Below are positions 19,602 to 29,936 of a stretch of DNA of 64,000 nucleotides, piece after piece. The stretch covers positions 590 through 64,589 of the forward strand of contig CAIZMB010000106.1 of NCBI GenBank assembly GCA_903933935.1. Reading direction: 5' to 3'. The notes beneath the pieces are model-generated. The model saw nothing but the letters and a program-made list of their open reading frames with translations, had not been told where the DNA came from and did not search any database. Positions within the stretch are counted from its first letter, which is position 1. Each line of letters starts with the position of its first letter. The stretch is from an uncultured Cytophagaceae bacterium (lineage in GTDB: Bacteria; Bacteroidota; Bacteroidia; Cytophagales; Spirosomataceae). The position numbers were made by a program, and so were the translations under genes.

Positions 19602-21092
19602 TTATTCCTCAAATCCCCAATCAATGGAGTTTTTCATGTCCTTAATAATAAGCCCCATTGATTTGAATGTAGCCCTTATTTCATCTACTTTATCATATTT
19701 TCGTTGGTCCTTAAATTCTTTATATAAAGATAATAAGCCGTTAATTAACATGTCTGAATATTCGGGGGTTTCCATGGTTAAGCCTAATACTTCTTCTAAA
19801 AACAAAATGTAATTTGATTTTAAAACCTCAAATGTTTCAGGGCTTATGGATTCAAATGCGAGTGTTCCCGTATGTAATTGATTTATTTTTTTCAATAAAT
19901 TAAATAAATGCGCAATCGTCACAGCCGTGTTTAAGTCGTCATTCATCCCATCGTAACAACCCTGAATGGAACTTAAAATATCTGCTTCTTGGTCAGTGTC
20001 AATCTGCGTGGAAATGCCCTTTGGATACTCCATTATTTTAATGATTCTCAATCCATTTGCAATTCGCTTATAGCCTTTCTGTGAAGCTTTTAACGCCTCA
20101 TTTGAAAAATCTAACGTACTTCGATACTGTGATTGTAGCATGAAAAAGCGAACGGTCATGGGACTGTAAGCCTGCTCTAATAATGGATGATTTCCAGTAA
20201 TCAATTCTTTCGGCAAAAAGGAATTACCTAAAGATTTACTCATTTTTTGACCATTAACGGTCAGCATATTTGTATGCATCCAATATCGGACGGGAACTTC
20301 ACCATAAGCCGCTTTGGCCTGTGCAATTTCACACTCATGATGTGGAAATTTTAAGTCCATTCCACCCCCATGGATGTCAAATGTATTGCCTAAATATTTA
20401 TGGCTCATGCAGGTACATTCTAGGTGCCAACCAGGAAACCCTTCTCCCCACGGAGAATTCCACCGCATGATGTGTTCAGGCGAAGCTTTTTTCCAAAGGG
20501 CAAAGTCCAATGGACTTTTTTTCTCCCCAACTCCGTCTAAATCTCTCGTTTCAGTAAGCAAATCGTCTAAAATTCTGCCTGATAAATTCCCATAATCACC
20601 GCCTTGCTTATTATAAGTTTCTATATCGAAATAAATGGAGCCATTAGATTCATAGGCCAATCCTTTGTTTAAAAGGTTTTGTGTGGTTTCTATTTGCTCG
20701 ACAATATGCCCTGTAGCAGATGGTTCGATGCTAGGAGGTAAGAGATTAAATGTTTGAAGAACGTGATGAAAATCTTGTGTATATCGATGAACAATTTCCA
20801 TGGGCTCCAACTTTTCCAATTTGGCCATTTTCCCGATCTTATCCTCTCCTTCGTCGCCATCGCCAACCAAATGACCTACATCTGTGATATTTCTTACATA
20901 TCTAACTTTATAGCCTATGTGGCTAAGGTATCTATATAGTATATCGAATGATGTAAATGTTCTAAGATTTCCTAAATGTACATAGTTGTAAACGGTAGGT
21001 CCACATACATACAAACCCACATGCGGCGCGTTAATCGCTACAAAAACTTCTTTTTCACGGCTGAGTGTATTATATAATTTTAATGGCTGCAT
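19602..21092 (-). CDS. cysS: Cysteine--tRNA ligase; likely start 21092
   Basis: YVCGPTVY, HLGN, PGWHLEC, KMSKS. Confidence 0.97.
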   Translation of the reverse strand: MQPLKLYNTLSREKEVFVAINAPHVGLYVCGPTVYNYVHLGNLRTFTSFDILYRYLSHIGYKVRYVRNITDVGHLVGDGDEGEDKIGKMAKLEKLEPMEIVHRYTQDFHHVLQTFNLLPPSIEPSATGHIVEQIETTQNLLNKGLAYESNGSIYFDIETYNKQGGDYGNLSGRILDDLLTETRDLDGVGEKKSPLDFALWKKASPEHIMRWNSPWGEGFPGWHLECTCMSHKYLGNTFDIHGGGMDLKFPHHECEIAQAKAAYGEVPVRYWMHTNMLTVNGQKMSKSLGNSFLPKELITGNHPLLEQAYSPMTVRFFMLQSQYRSTLDFSNEALKASQKGYKRIANGLRIIKIMEYPKGISTQIDTDQEADILSSIQGCYDGMNDDLNTAVTIAHLFNLLKKINQLHTGTLAFESISPETFEVLKSNYILFLEEVLGLTMETPEYSDMLINGLLSLYKEFKDQRKYDKVDEIRATFKSMGLIIKDMKNSIDWGFEE

Positions 21093-21254
21093 GTAGACTA
21101 TTTCTGTCCTTACATAGAATTTTATATAAGGCATTAAAATTACTGCGATTCTTTTAAATCACCAAAACTATTATTGGGTTGCCCAATCAATTAAAAGCAT
21201 AAGGGAGATTGGCCCCAAAAAATATTATCTTTGTAAATTCATTTGATTGATTAC

Positions 21255-22433
21255 ATGATTTTAAAAGAAGTAGGAGGAGATAAGGGCCTAAAGCGAATGT
21301 TTTTGGAATTCCCGGTTTCTTTATATGCGAGTGACCCGAATTGGATAAGACCTTTAGATCAGGATATTGAAGTTATTTTTGACCCAAATAAGAATATTCA
21401 TTTTAAAAAAGGAGAGGCCGTTCGATGGGTTTTATTTGATGAAAATCAAAAGCCTATCGGTCGAGTAGCTGCTTTTTATGAAAATAAAGTGCCGGATAAG
21501 AGTAATCTCAAAATGGCCGGTATGGGATTTTTTGAGGTGATTGATGATGAAAATGCGGCCATAATTTTGTTTGACGCATGTAAGAACTGGCTATCAGAAA
21601 AAGGGTTTGAGGGGATGGATGGCCCAATTAATTTTGGGGAGCGAGATAGCTTTTGGGGCTTGATGATCAAAGGGTGGGAATTTGAACCCACTTATAAGAT
21701 GCCATGGACTAAGCCATATTATATTTCGTTTTTTGAAAATTATGGGTTTAAAGATTATTTCCAACAGTATGTCTATGTTTCTTCCATTCGAGGAGCCAAA
21801 GTTACCGAGGGAATTGAGGAAAAAGCACAGCGAATTTATCAAAATCCTAATTATAATTTTAAGCATATAGAAAAGGCCAATCTTGCTAAATATGCAGAAG
21901 ATTTTAAAATCATTTATAATGCTGCATGGGCAAAATTTCCGGGTGTCAGTGAAATGTCTTCCGAACAAGCTCAGAAATTAGTGAAGCAAATGAAGCCCAT
22001 TATTGACGAACAATTACTTTGGTTTGCCTATTCTGAAAATGATGAACCTGTTGCATTTTTTATTGTCATCCCCGATTTGAATCAAATTATCAAACATTTG
22101 CATGGCAAATTGAATACTTGGGGAAAGATAAAATTTTTACTTTTAAAAAGTAGGGGCGTGCTAACCAGAACATGTGGGGTTATTTTTGGGGTAGTCCCTG
22201 AGCATCAAGGAAAGGGCGTTGAATCTGCCATTGCCTTGCGTTTTAGAACTGCTGCAAGAGAAAATCCTTTCTATCCATATACAACCATGGACATGAATTG
22301 GGTTGGAGATTTTAATCCTAAAATGATGCGCTTTGTATCCCAACTGGGCGCGACTAATGATAAAACATTTATTACTTACCGTTATTTATTTAATCCTAAC
22401 CAGCCCTTTAGTCGTTGTCCTAAAGTAGGCTAA
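21255..22433 (+). CDS. Double-GNAT-fold acyltransferase, YghO/bacterial ceramide synthase-like; ORF track start 21243
   Basis: FP..LY..DP.WI.PL, GRVAAF, GFFE, GPINFGERD, PYY..FFE.YGF, GKG acetyl-CoA loop; promoter TATCTTTG at 21226-21233. Confidence 0.65.
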   Translation: MILKEVGGDKGLKRMFLEFPVSLYASDPNWIRPLDQDIEVIFDPNKNIHFKKGEAVRWVLFDENQKPIGRVAAFYENKVPDKSNLKMAGMGFFEVIDDENAAIILFDACKNWLSEKGFEGMDGPINFGERDSFWGLMIKGWEFEPTYKMPWTKPYYISFFENYGFKDYFQQYVYVSSIRGAKVTEGIEEKAQRIYQNPNYNFKHIEKANLAKYAEDFKIIYNAAWAKFPGVSEMSSEQAQKLVKQMKPIIDEQLLWFAYSENDEPVAFFIVIPDLNQIIKHLHGKLNTWGKIKFLLLKSRGVLTRTCGVIFGVVPEHQGKGVESAIALRFRTAARENPFYPYTTMDMNWVGDFNPKMMRFVSQLGATNDKTFITYRYLFNPNQPFSRCPKVG

Positions 22434-22435
22434 AT

Positions 22436-23353
22436 ATGTTAAAAATGAGCTTATTAACCATTGGAACCGTAGCGTTCGACGCCCTAGAAACCCCTTATGG
22501 AAAAACTGATAAAATTATCGGTGGTTCTTGTACTTACATTGCTTTATCAGCAGCATTTTTTCTTCCGCAGGTCAATGTAGTTGCCGTAGTGGGGGATGAT
22601 TTTCCACAAGCCTACATGGATTCTTTGATCTCAAAGGGGATTAATTTGGAAGGATTGCAAATTAAAAAAGGGGAGAAGTCCTTTTTTTGGGCTGGCAAAT
22701 ACCATAATAACATGAATTCGCGTGATACCTTGGTTACGGATTTAAATGTTTTAGCGGATTTCAAACCCATGATTCCAACTAATTACCAAGATTGTGAATA
22801 TTTGATGTTAGGTAATTTGACACCCCAGGTTCAAATTGAGGCTATTCAAGGATTAAAGAATCGACCTAAGCTAGTGGTGATGGATACCATGAATTTTTGG
22901 ATGGATGTGGCAATGGATGATTTAAAGAAAGTACTTAAATTGGTCGACGTATTGTGTATCAATGACGAAGAGGCGCGTCAATTATCAGGTCAGTATTCTT
23001 TAAGGACAGCCGCTAAATTGATTATGGAAATGGGGCCAAAAACGTTAATCATCAAAAAGGGAGAACATGGAGCTTTATTATTCCAAGATACGAAGATGTT
23101 TTATTGCCCAGCATTACCTTTAGAGGAGGTTTTTGACCCTACAGGTGCGGGAGATACTTTTGTTGGCGGATTCATAGGTTACCTAGCGCAAACCAATGAT
23201 ATATCATTTGAAAACATGCGCAAGGCCATTGTTTATGGCTCTGCAATGGCATCATTCTGTGTGGAGAAATTTGGGACGGAACGACTTTTTGAAGTAACGG
23301 CTTCCGATTTAGAAGCTAGAGTAGGGGAATTTAAAGAGCTCGCTCGCTTTTAA
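22436..23353 (+). CDS. PfkB-family carbohydrate kinase
   Basis: GGSCTY N-terminal motif, DPTGAGDTFVGG signature. Confidence 0.92.
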   Translation: MLKMSLLTIGTVAFDALETPYGKTDKIIGGSCTYIALSAAFFLPQVNVVAVVGDDFPQAYMDSLISKGINLEGLQIKKGEKSFFWAGKYHNNMNSRDTLVTDLNVLADFKPMIPTNYQDCEYLMLGNLTPQVQIEAIQGLKNRPKLVVMDTMNFWMDVAMDDLKKVLKLVDVLCINDEEARQLSGQYSLRTAAKLIMEMGPKTLIIKKGEHGALLFQDTKMFYCPALPLEEVFDPTGAGDTFVGGFIGYLAQTNDISFENMRKAIVYGSAMASFCVEKFGTERLFEVTASDLEARVGEFKELARF

Positions 23354-24621
23354 TTTCCACCCACAACGACTTCGGTTAATTTAGAGGGATCTAGGTATTT
23401 ATTAGCTAGATCCCTTATTTCATTTGGCGTGCATGAAAAAATTTGATCTTGAAATTGATCGTAATAATCAGCATCCAGCCCTTCTAATTCAATTATTTTT
23501 ACTTTTTCTGCGATATCAAATGCTTGAGTTAATTCTCCGGTAAAGCTTCCCATTAAATAGTTTTTTACCAGTGATAATTCTTCTTCAGAAACTAATTCAT
23601 CTCTTAGGATTTGCATCTCTTTTTTTACTTCTGATATCGTTTCGGCTACATTTTCATTTTTAACATCTGTACCTACTGCCCAATAACCTGAGCGGTACAT
23701 CGGAACTAATGAAGAAGATATTCCATAGGTAAATCCCTTCTCTTCTCGTATATTTTTTTGAAGTCTTGAACCAAAAAAACCGCCAAGAAGTGTATTCATT
23801 ACACTAAATTTGAAATAGTCTTTGTTTTTCCTGTTAATGGACTTTATGCCTAATCTGATTGAACTTTGCAAGGCATCTTCTCTTGTATCTTTTAAGGAGC
23901 TTGGTTCCATGAAAATAGGATCAGGGACAAGTAATTGCTCTTTTGTGTTAAAAACAAGTTCGCCTAATGAAGCGTCTAAAATTTTGATTTCTTCAGGTGA
24001 TATTTTTCCTGATAGAAAAATGCTAGGTATTTGGCTAGCCCAAGTTTTGTTGTAAAATGTAACAAGATCGTTTACATTCACTAATGCTAATGACTCTGGA
24101 GTTGCAGCACGTCCATAAGGATCATCCCCATAAAGTTTCTTTCGCATTAATTGGCTAGCACTATACGCCGTTTTTTCCCAGTTTAATTTATTTTTCTGAA
24201 TTTCAATTTCCAGTTCTTTTTGGAATTCTTGTTCAGGGAAAGTGCACATTTGAATCATCTCGGCAACGTATGGCATTAAAGCACCGAAATGTTTAACTAA
24301 TCCATAAACGGTAAACGTAGCTTGATCTAATGTCGCTTGAATATCCCAGAATGCACCATGAAAGTCAAATGATTGATGAATATGTAAAGCATCATGCTTA
24401 CTTGTGCCACGCTTCATTAATTGGGCTGTTAAACTTGCTAATCCCGCAACATCGCTATGTATTCCCCCGGCTTTTGTGCTTAGCTCAAATTTGAAAACAG
24501 GCTGCTCGCCTAGGTTGACCGAGTTAACGACTATGCCATTTCTTAAAGAGTGTTTAAGTGCAGAAGGAAATTTTATTTTTTCAATAGGGAATGCTCCGGG
24601 GGCTTTACTTCTGTCCAACAT
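23350..24621 (-). CDS. M16 (insulinase-like) peptidase, probably a non-catalytic subunit
   Basis: M16 fold motifs (LGGFFGSRLQKNIREEKGFTYG); no HxxEH motif. Confidence 0.8.
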   Translation of the reverse strand: MLDRSKAPGAFPIEKIKFPSALKHSLRNGIVVNSVNLGEQPVFKFELSTKAGGIHSDVAGLASLTAQLMKRGTSKHDALHIHQSFDFHGAFWDIQATLDQATFTVYGLVKHFGALMPYVAEMIQMCTFPEQEFQKELEIEIQKNKLNWEKTAYSASQLMRKKLYGDDPYGRAATPESLALVNVNDLVTFYNKTWASQIPSIFLSGKISPEEIKILDASLGELVFNTKEQLLVPDPIFMEPSSLKDTREDALQSSIRLGIKSINRKNKDYFKFSVMNTLLGGFFGSRLQKNIREEKGFTYGISSSLVPMYRSGYWAVGTDVKNENVAETISEVKKEMQILRDELVSEEELSLVKNYLMGSFTGELTQAFDIAEKVKIIELEGLDADYYDQFQDQIFSCTPNEIRDLANKYLDPSKLTEVVVGGN

Positions 24622-24637
24622 CTAAATAGGTCGTTAT

Positions 24638-24673
24638 AAAAAACAAATGACATTCAATTATGAATGTCATTTG
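24638..24673 (-). terminator. Terminator after porV
   Basis: 13-bp perfect inverted repeat CAAATGACATTCA-4nt-TGAATGTCATTTG followed by T6 on the minus strand. Confidence 0.8.
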
Positions 24674-24695
24674 CAATAAAAAATATATTTCTTAA

Positions 24696-25850
24696 TTATT
24701 TTTTAGGAGTATCGTTGTTGATAGCTGCCAATAAAGTAACTCTTAATGTATTTGCTAATGGACTGCTTGTTCCTGTTGGAACTAAGTATGCAAAGTCAAA
24801 GCCATATTTTTGATCTAATTTAAGTCCTACACCGAAAGTGAAATATTTACGATTTCCTTTCATTTCTGTTTCATTAAAAAATCCACCACGTAAAGCAAAT
24901 GTGTTATTAAATAAATATTCAGCTCCTAATGAAGTAGTAAATTCTTTTAATTCCTCGCCAAATCCATCTTCAGCATCAAACAATGAACCGAAGATTCCTC
25001 CAATTGCAGATGAATTAGAACCTGTTGGATCCGTTTTTGTTGGTGTAGGAACCATCAATTTATTTAAATCTAACGTAAACGTTAATTTATTCTTATCATC
25101 TACATTTTTAACAGCTGCAATACCTGCTCTTAAGTTTGTTGGGATAAAATTCTTATCTAAGCCACCATAGGAAACTTTTCCAGAGATATTAGATAACATT
25201 AAACCATAGGTATAATTCCAATTCTTTTCTGATGTATTATTCCAGTAAAGAGACAAATCAGCAGCTACCGTTTGAGCCGGTTGCATAGCTGAAGTACCAG
25301 CGCCTTGATAGTTTCCTAAAAGATTAGAATTAATGTATTTTAAATTTAAACCTAATGACAAAGTATTTGACAATTTTCTTGCATGAGATACTGTCAAAGC
25401 ATATTCCTTGGAGTTAAAATTACCAGCACTTGTTCCTGAAGCTGTTGTAGCTTGAAAAAGTCCTTGGTCAAAATAATTGATCGAAAATCCGAATGCCTGA
25501 CCTTTAGCTGTCTTCTTGTATCCAGCAATATTGTAAAGTGCCATATCATTCACTAGGTTACGTAACCATGGAGTATATGATATTGCAAATCCCAAATCTT
25601 TATCAGCTGAAGCTAATTTTGCAGGATTCCAATAAATCGCATTGACATCTGATGAAATGGCTACTCCCGCATCACCCATGGCCGCAGAGCGTGCATCTGG
25701 TGTTACATTCATGAATAACATGGTTGGCGTTGGAATTCTACCAGAATTCAACTGACCTGAAACCAAAGTTTGACCTATTGCGAAGTTACATACTAAAAGC
25801 GCTATTGCGGATAGTAATGATCTTTGGAGAATAGAAATTTTTGTCGTCAT
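24696..25850 (-). CDS. porV: T9SS outer-membrane shuttle PorV
   Basis: TPDARSAAMGD, YWNPAK, SYTPWL, GNRKYFTFGVG; adjacent to porU. Confidence 0.93.
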   Translation of the reverse strand: MTTKISILQRSLLSAIALLVCNFAIGQTLVSGQLNSGRIPTPTMLFMNVTPDARSAAMGDAGVAISSDVNAIYWNPAKLASADKDLGFAISYTPWLRNLVNDMALYNIAGYKKTAKGQAFGFSINYFDQGLFQATTASGTSAGNFNSKEYALTVSHARKLSNTLSLGLNLKYINSNLLGNYQGAGTSAMQPAQTVAADLSLYWNNTSEKNWNYTYGLMLSNISGKVSYGGLDKNFIPTNLRAGIAAVKNVDDKNKLTFTLDLNKLMVPTPTKTDPTGSNSSAIGGIFGSLFDAEDGFGEELKEFTTSLGAEYLFNNTFALRGGFFNETEMKGNRKYFTFGVGLKLDQKYGFDFAYLVPTGTSSPLANTLRVTLLAAINNDTPKK

Positions 25851-25955
25851 CGGTTATTAAATATTAGATTGTCTAGTAATTGCAAATTATTTAAGGTCAA
25901 AAATAAGTATTTTTAAAGTATTTAGTGTTTAAATGTGTAAAATATTTTATAAAAT

Positions 25956-28900
25956 TTATTTTAGGGTAGTGAATTTACCTTTTATTAAAATATTTTCATT
26001 GTTTTTACTTGGTATTAATTCCAATTTAAAAATTGATTCGCCGTTTAATTTGGCTAACTCTTCTTCGGTCCAGACAATTTGTATTTCAAATTCTGCATCT
26101 GAAAAGTATGTTATTAACCCTTTTTTAAACAAATATGGCTGACCTAAAACATTGTATACATTCAAATCATATTGGTAAATATCCCATGGTATTTGACCGA
26201 TTGCCCTCAATTGTAAACGGTTACTCATGGGGTTGGGATATATTACCCATTCTAAACGATTAGCATCTGAATTTATTACCTTGATTTCAAAAAATAGTTT
26301 TTGTTGGTTATAATTTCCATCCCAGCAATTCACTTTAAATGAATAAGAGCCTGATTTCAAGTTTTTAAATGGGTATATAAATGTCCCTTTTTGAGGAAAA
26401 CCCACATCGGGAATAAAATAATCTGATAATTTGATTTTGAGGGTATCATTCACGATTAGCTCGGCAAATTCATTTTTATCATTTGTCCAACGAAGTGAGT
26501 TGTCATCTTCTATTTTAATTTTTAATTCAAAACTGCTATTCATCGTTTGGAATTTGTTTGATTCAGGTTCTAGGACACTAATACTAGGAGGTTTTGAATC
26601 GATGATAGCAGAGTTGGAAATCAAGACGGGAAGAGATTTGAATCCATTGATAATTCCCCCTGTGTTTGACTGACCTATTATTTTGCAAATTAAAGGTCCA
26701 GTGGTTTTTGGTACTGATTTTTGACTGACGGAAAACCCACCTCCCGTCATTTGAATATTTGATGTCCAAATTAAATCGCCCTCAGTAAAATATTCATATG
26801 CGTTTGTTTTTGTGCCTAAGGTCTTTTTCTTAACGGGTGGAGAATATAAGTTTGCCCTTAATTGAGCGTTTGAAATCGGTGAACTATTCGTATATAATTG
26901 GCCTTCAATTACTTTGTCTGAACCTGGAATGATCGTGTCTGTTTTTATTATTATAGATTGTCCTGCCCAAGGTAGTTCTAGAGTGGGATCACCTAAAAAA
27001 CTAATATTTCGATTAATCACACCCGTTTGGCTATTGTTTTTTGTTTCTTTAAATAAATCGCCCACTCGATATTTTACTTGGGTTTTATGATCAATTAAGT
27101 TTCTGTAAAATGATTGACCAAAAAGGTAGTTACTACTTTGAAAAACCGGTCTTGTTGTACTAATGAGTCCTATAGCTCCTCCCTTTGTGGACATTAATGA
27201 AATTTCCGCTCCTGATAATTGGTTTGGATCATCAAATCGGCCAAACTGGCAAGTTGCGGTCAATAAAAACGGCAAGTGTTTCAAATTCGTCAGGCCGATT
27301 AAATCATTATTGGTCAATATTTTTTCATCTGTCCAGCCACTTTCTGATCCATGTCCGATGAAATGTATAAAATCCGCCTCTGAATTAAATAACGAAATTA
27401 CGGCATCTTTGGCTTTTTTAGAGGTATATATTCCGCCCGCTATTTCCTGTTCAAATTGATCTAAATAAAGCTTTTTTATGCTCACATCATTGGCTTCATT
27501 GATCATTAGATTGGAAAAATCTTCTGCATCTTGCATGTGAATATTGGCATCCCCATCATCTGCTACCCATGCTAGCACCTCAGGCTTAAAACGATTATTC
27601 TTTTTTGATTCAATAAAGGCAATTAATTTGTTCACAAAGAAATTTGCTTCGCTAGGATTTTTTGCAGGAATTCTACCGATAGCCACTTGGAGTGTCTTTT
27701 TATTTGTTTTTTCGCCTTCAAGCCAGTCGCCCTCATCTGGATTTAGTAAACCAAAATAATCATCCGACGAGTAGCTCAATAACGGCCTAAATGACTCCAT
27801 ACTTTGGTAAGTGGGCACAAAACAATTTTTTTCTATTTCAGTCGATACGACTGATTTACCTTTATAATCAACGGATGCGTCACCTAAAAGAATCACATAT
27901 TTTAAGGTGGAATTTGGGTGTTTAAATTGTCGATAAATAAAATCTCGTATAGCCGTAACATCTTGTTTTCCGCCAGAATATTCATGGTAAATTTGTTCGG
28001 TGTCAACCACTTTTGTCGTGATTTTTTGTGAACTTATTTTATATTTTGCGAGTGTATTTGCCGCTTCTTTTAGGGCTGGGCTAGATATAATTAATAGTTC
28101 GTTTCCAGTCTTTTTTTTAATATTTTGATTAGGTAAAATTTTAATAAAAGTAGGTGATATTGCTTTTTGGCTGTCAACGATTAGTAATTGGCTTTCGGGT
28201 CTAACATTCAATTTTAAAGAGGCTGAAAAGTTTATCATTTTTGACCAATTGCTCGGACCATTTCGGAGCCAAATTTGAGTGGATGCATTTGCGTTGATTA
28301 TGGAGATAGAATAGCTTGAATCCGTTGAATTGGGTAATAAATAAAGCGGATTATCATGCTTTGCATTGAAAATTCTAGGGTATTGAAGTGATAAAAAGTC
28401 AAGATATCCAGTTCCCGTTGTGTTTTTATAATTAATCGTCCAGCTCCAAAGATTATCCTTTATTTGGGGTGTCAACCACCTATCAAGATCTGAAAAATTA
28501 GCTTTATTGTCATATCTTTCCCCTGAGATAGCCGGGATTTTTAAGCTTTCAATGGCATTACCTGCCACGTCAAATGAAAACAAGCCTTCTTGGACTGAGC
28601 TAGAATAAAACCGACCACTTAATTTTGACTTAATTCCTTGCTTATAATCAGCCAGCGAATATTGGACAGTTTTGTTATTTGTGCCATAAAATGCATCACC
28701 TAACCATTGTCTTCCCGATTGAATTAAGTTATAGGTTTCTGGCTCATAGTGAAAAATAGACCAAGCATAATCCGTGGAATTTAATTCACCTGGTGTGGCC
28801 TTCACTTCCTCTATTCGTTTTGCTGCTGGATCATCTAAACGAATAAAATAAAAGCTAGAGTCCGAATAAGCGTGCAACTCTTGGACCCATGTTTTTTTTT

Positions 28901-29270
28901 GAGAATCAAAGGCTATTTTGTGTGGGGAATTGCCCCAAAATATAAAGAAATCACTTGCGTCCCATTTGTTGTCCTGATCGCCCTCAAAATAGATTGGTAT
29001 TTCCTCTAAATCTAGTGGCCTGGAAATCTTTAAATCTTGGGGTAAAGTTCCTGAAGCGGTTGAATAAAGACTTACTTGTTTTGGGTTTAACGTGGCCCTG
29101 TCGATCTTATTTTTATCGAGCCAAGCGGCATCAACTTTATAAATGCCATTTTGAGTTATTCCAATTTTAACCCATTTGCCAGTAGATAATTTTGAATCGG
29201 TTTGGGCCATAACCGAATTAGAAATGCAAAATGATCCTATTAAAGCTATTAAGTAGCCTTTAAAGTTCAT
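25956..29270 (-). CDS. porU: T9SS sortase PorU (C25 family); likely start 29270
   Basis: WVKIGITQNGIYK, DVTAIRDF, GRIP, catalytic FIGHG and TATC, C-terminal YPNP domain. Confidence 0.93.
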   Translation of the reverse strand: MNFKGYLIALIGSFCISNSVMAQTDSKLSTGKWVKIGITQNGIYKVDAAWLDKNKIDRATLNPKQVSLYSTASGTLPQDLKISRPLDLEEIPIYFEGDQDNKWDASDFFIFWGNSPHKIAFDSQKKTWVQELHAYSDSSFYFIRLDDPAAKRIEEVKATPGELNSTDYAWSIFHYEPETYNLIQSGRQWLGDAFYGTNNKTVQYSLADYKQGIKSKLSGRFYSSSVQEGLFSFDVAGNAIESLKIPAISGERYDNKANFSDLDRWLTPQIKDNLWSWTINYKNTTGTGYLDFLSLQYPRIFNAKHDNPLYLLPNSTDSSYSISIINANASTQIWLRNGPSNWSKMINFSASLKLNVRPESQLLIVDSQKAISPTFIKILPNQNIKKKTGNELLIISSPALKEAANTLAKYKISSQKITTKVVDTEQIYHEYSGGKQDVTAIRDFIYRQFKHPNSTLKYVILLGDASVDYKGKSVVSTEIEKNCFVPTYQSMESFRPLLSYSSDDYFGLLNPDEGDWLEGEKTNKKTLQVAIGRIPAKNPSEANFFVNKLIAFIESKKNNRFKPEVLAWVADDGDANIHMQDAEDFSNLMINEANDVSIKKLYLDQFEQEIAGGIYTSKKAKDAVISLFNSEADFIHFIGHGSESGWTDEKILTNNDLIGLTNLKHLPFLLTATCQFGRFDDPNQLSGAEISLMSTKGGAIGLISTTRPVFQSSNYLFGQSFYRNLIDHKTQVKYRVGDLFKETKNNSQTGVINRNISFLGDPTLELPWAGQSIIIKTDTIIPGSDKVIEGQLYTNSSPISNAQLRANLYSPPVKKKTLGTKTNAYEYFTEGDLIWTSNIQMTGGGFSVSQKSVPKTTGPLICKIIGQSNTGGIINGFKSLPVLISNSAIIDSKPPSISVLEPESNKFQTMNSSFELKIKIEDDNSLRWTNDKNEFAELIVNDTLKIKLSDYFIPDVGFPQKGTFIYPFKNLKSGSYSFKVNCWDGNYNQQKLFFEIKVINSDANRLEWVIYPNPMSNRLQLRAIGQIPWDIYQYDLNVYNVLGQPYLFKKGLITYFSDAEFEIQIVWTEEELAKLNGESIFKLELIPSKNNENILIKGKFTTLK

Positions 29271-29880
29271 TCGTTTCCAATGGGGTAACCTGCGCATTTT
29301 TTGCTACTAAGTAAAGTTTGCCAGTTTTGGCCTCTCTGCAAAAGTAACGTGTTCGACGTAGTTTACCTTTGATTAACTCTAGGTTTTTTAATAAAAAAAT
29401 TTGATTCTCAGGAAGGGCGTGCAAGGTGATGCTTGAATTTGCCGTGTCGTATGTTTTTAACACATCTACTAAAGGTCCATGGCCAGTTGAGGTAGCGCTA
29501 GGATTAACTAAATACGATTTTAAAACGTTGATTAACTCATCGGGCAATAACCCTTCTTCTAAAATAGGTTCAAATATGGATCTGAACGAATTTTTCCACT
29601 CTTCTCCGTGGGGCAATACTTTATTTTTATATGTTAAATAAGTCAATAAATGTGCCACTTCATGCAAATAAGTGACTAGAAAGGCATAGGAATTCAAATT
29701 GCAATTAACGGTTATTTGATGTCCTTTTTGGGGTGAAAATCGATAATCACCTAATTTAGAATGGCGCGACTTACTGACAATAAAATCAAATGGATAATCA
29801 TGCCATAATTGAAAACAATATTCAGCAACCGTTGGCGGGAAGTGGTCAAAAAATGAATGAATTTTTTTGTTCTTTTCCAT
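29260..29880 (-). CDS. SprT-like zinc metalloprotease
   Basis: RHSKLGDY, TYLHEVAH, PHGEEWK. Confidence 0.85.
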   Translation of the reverse strand: MEKNKKIHSFFDHFPPTVAEYCFQLWHDYPFDFIVSKSRHSKLGDYRFSPQKGHQITVNCNLNSYAFLVTYLHEVAHLLTYLTYKNKVLPHGEEWKNSFRSIFEPILEEGLLPDELINVLKSYLVNPSATSTGHGPLVDVLKTYDTANSSITLHALPENQIFLLKNLELIKGKLRRTRYFCREAKTGKLYLVAKNAQVTPLETNEL

Positions 29881-29891
29881 TTTTAGGCATA

Positions 29892-29923
29892 AAAAAAGTC
29901 CTCCGCATGCGAAGGACTTTTTT
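29892..29923 (-). terminator. Terminator after the small lipoprotein gene
   Basis: AAAAAAGTCCT...AGGACTTTTTT hairpin. Confidence 0.8.
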
Positions 29924-29936
29924 CTGGGTGCTTAGA

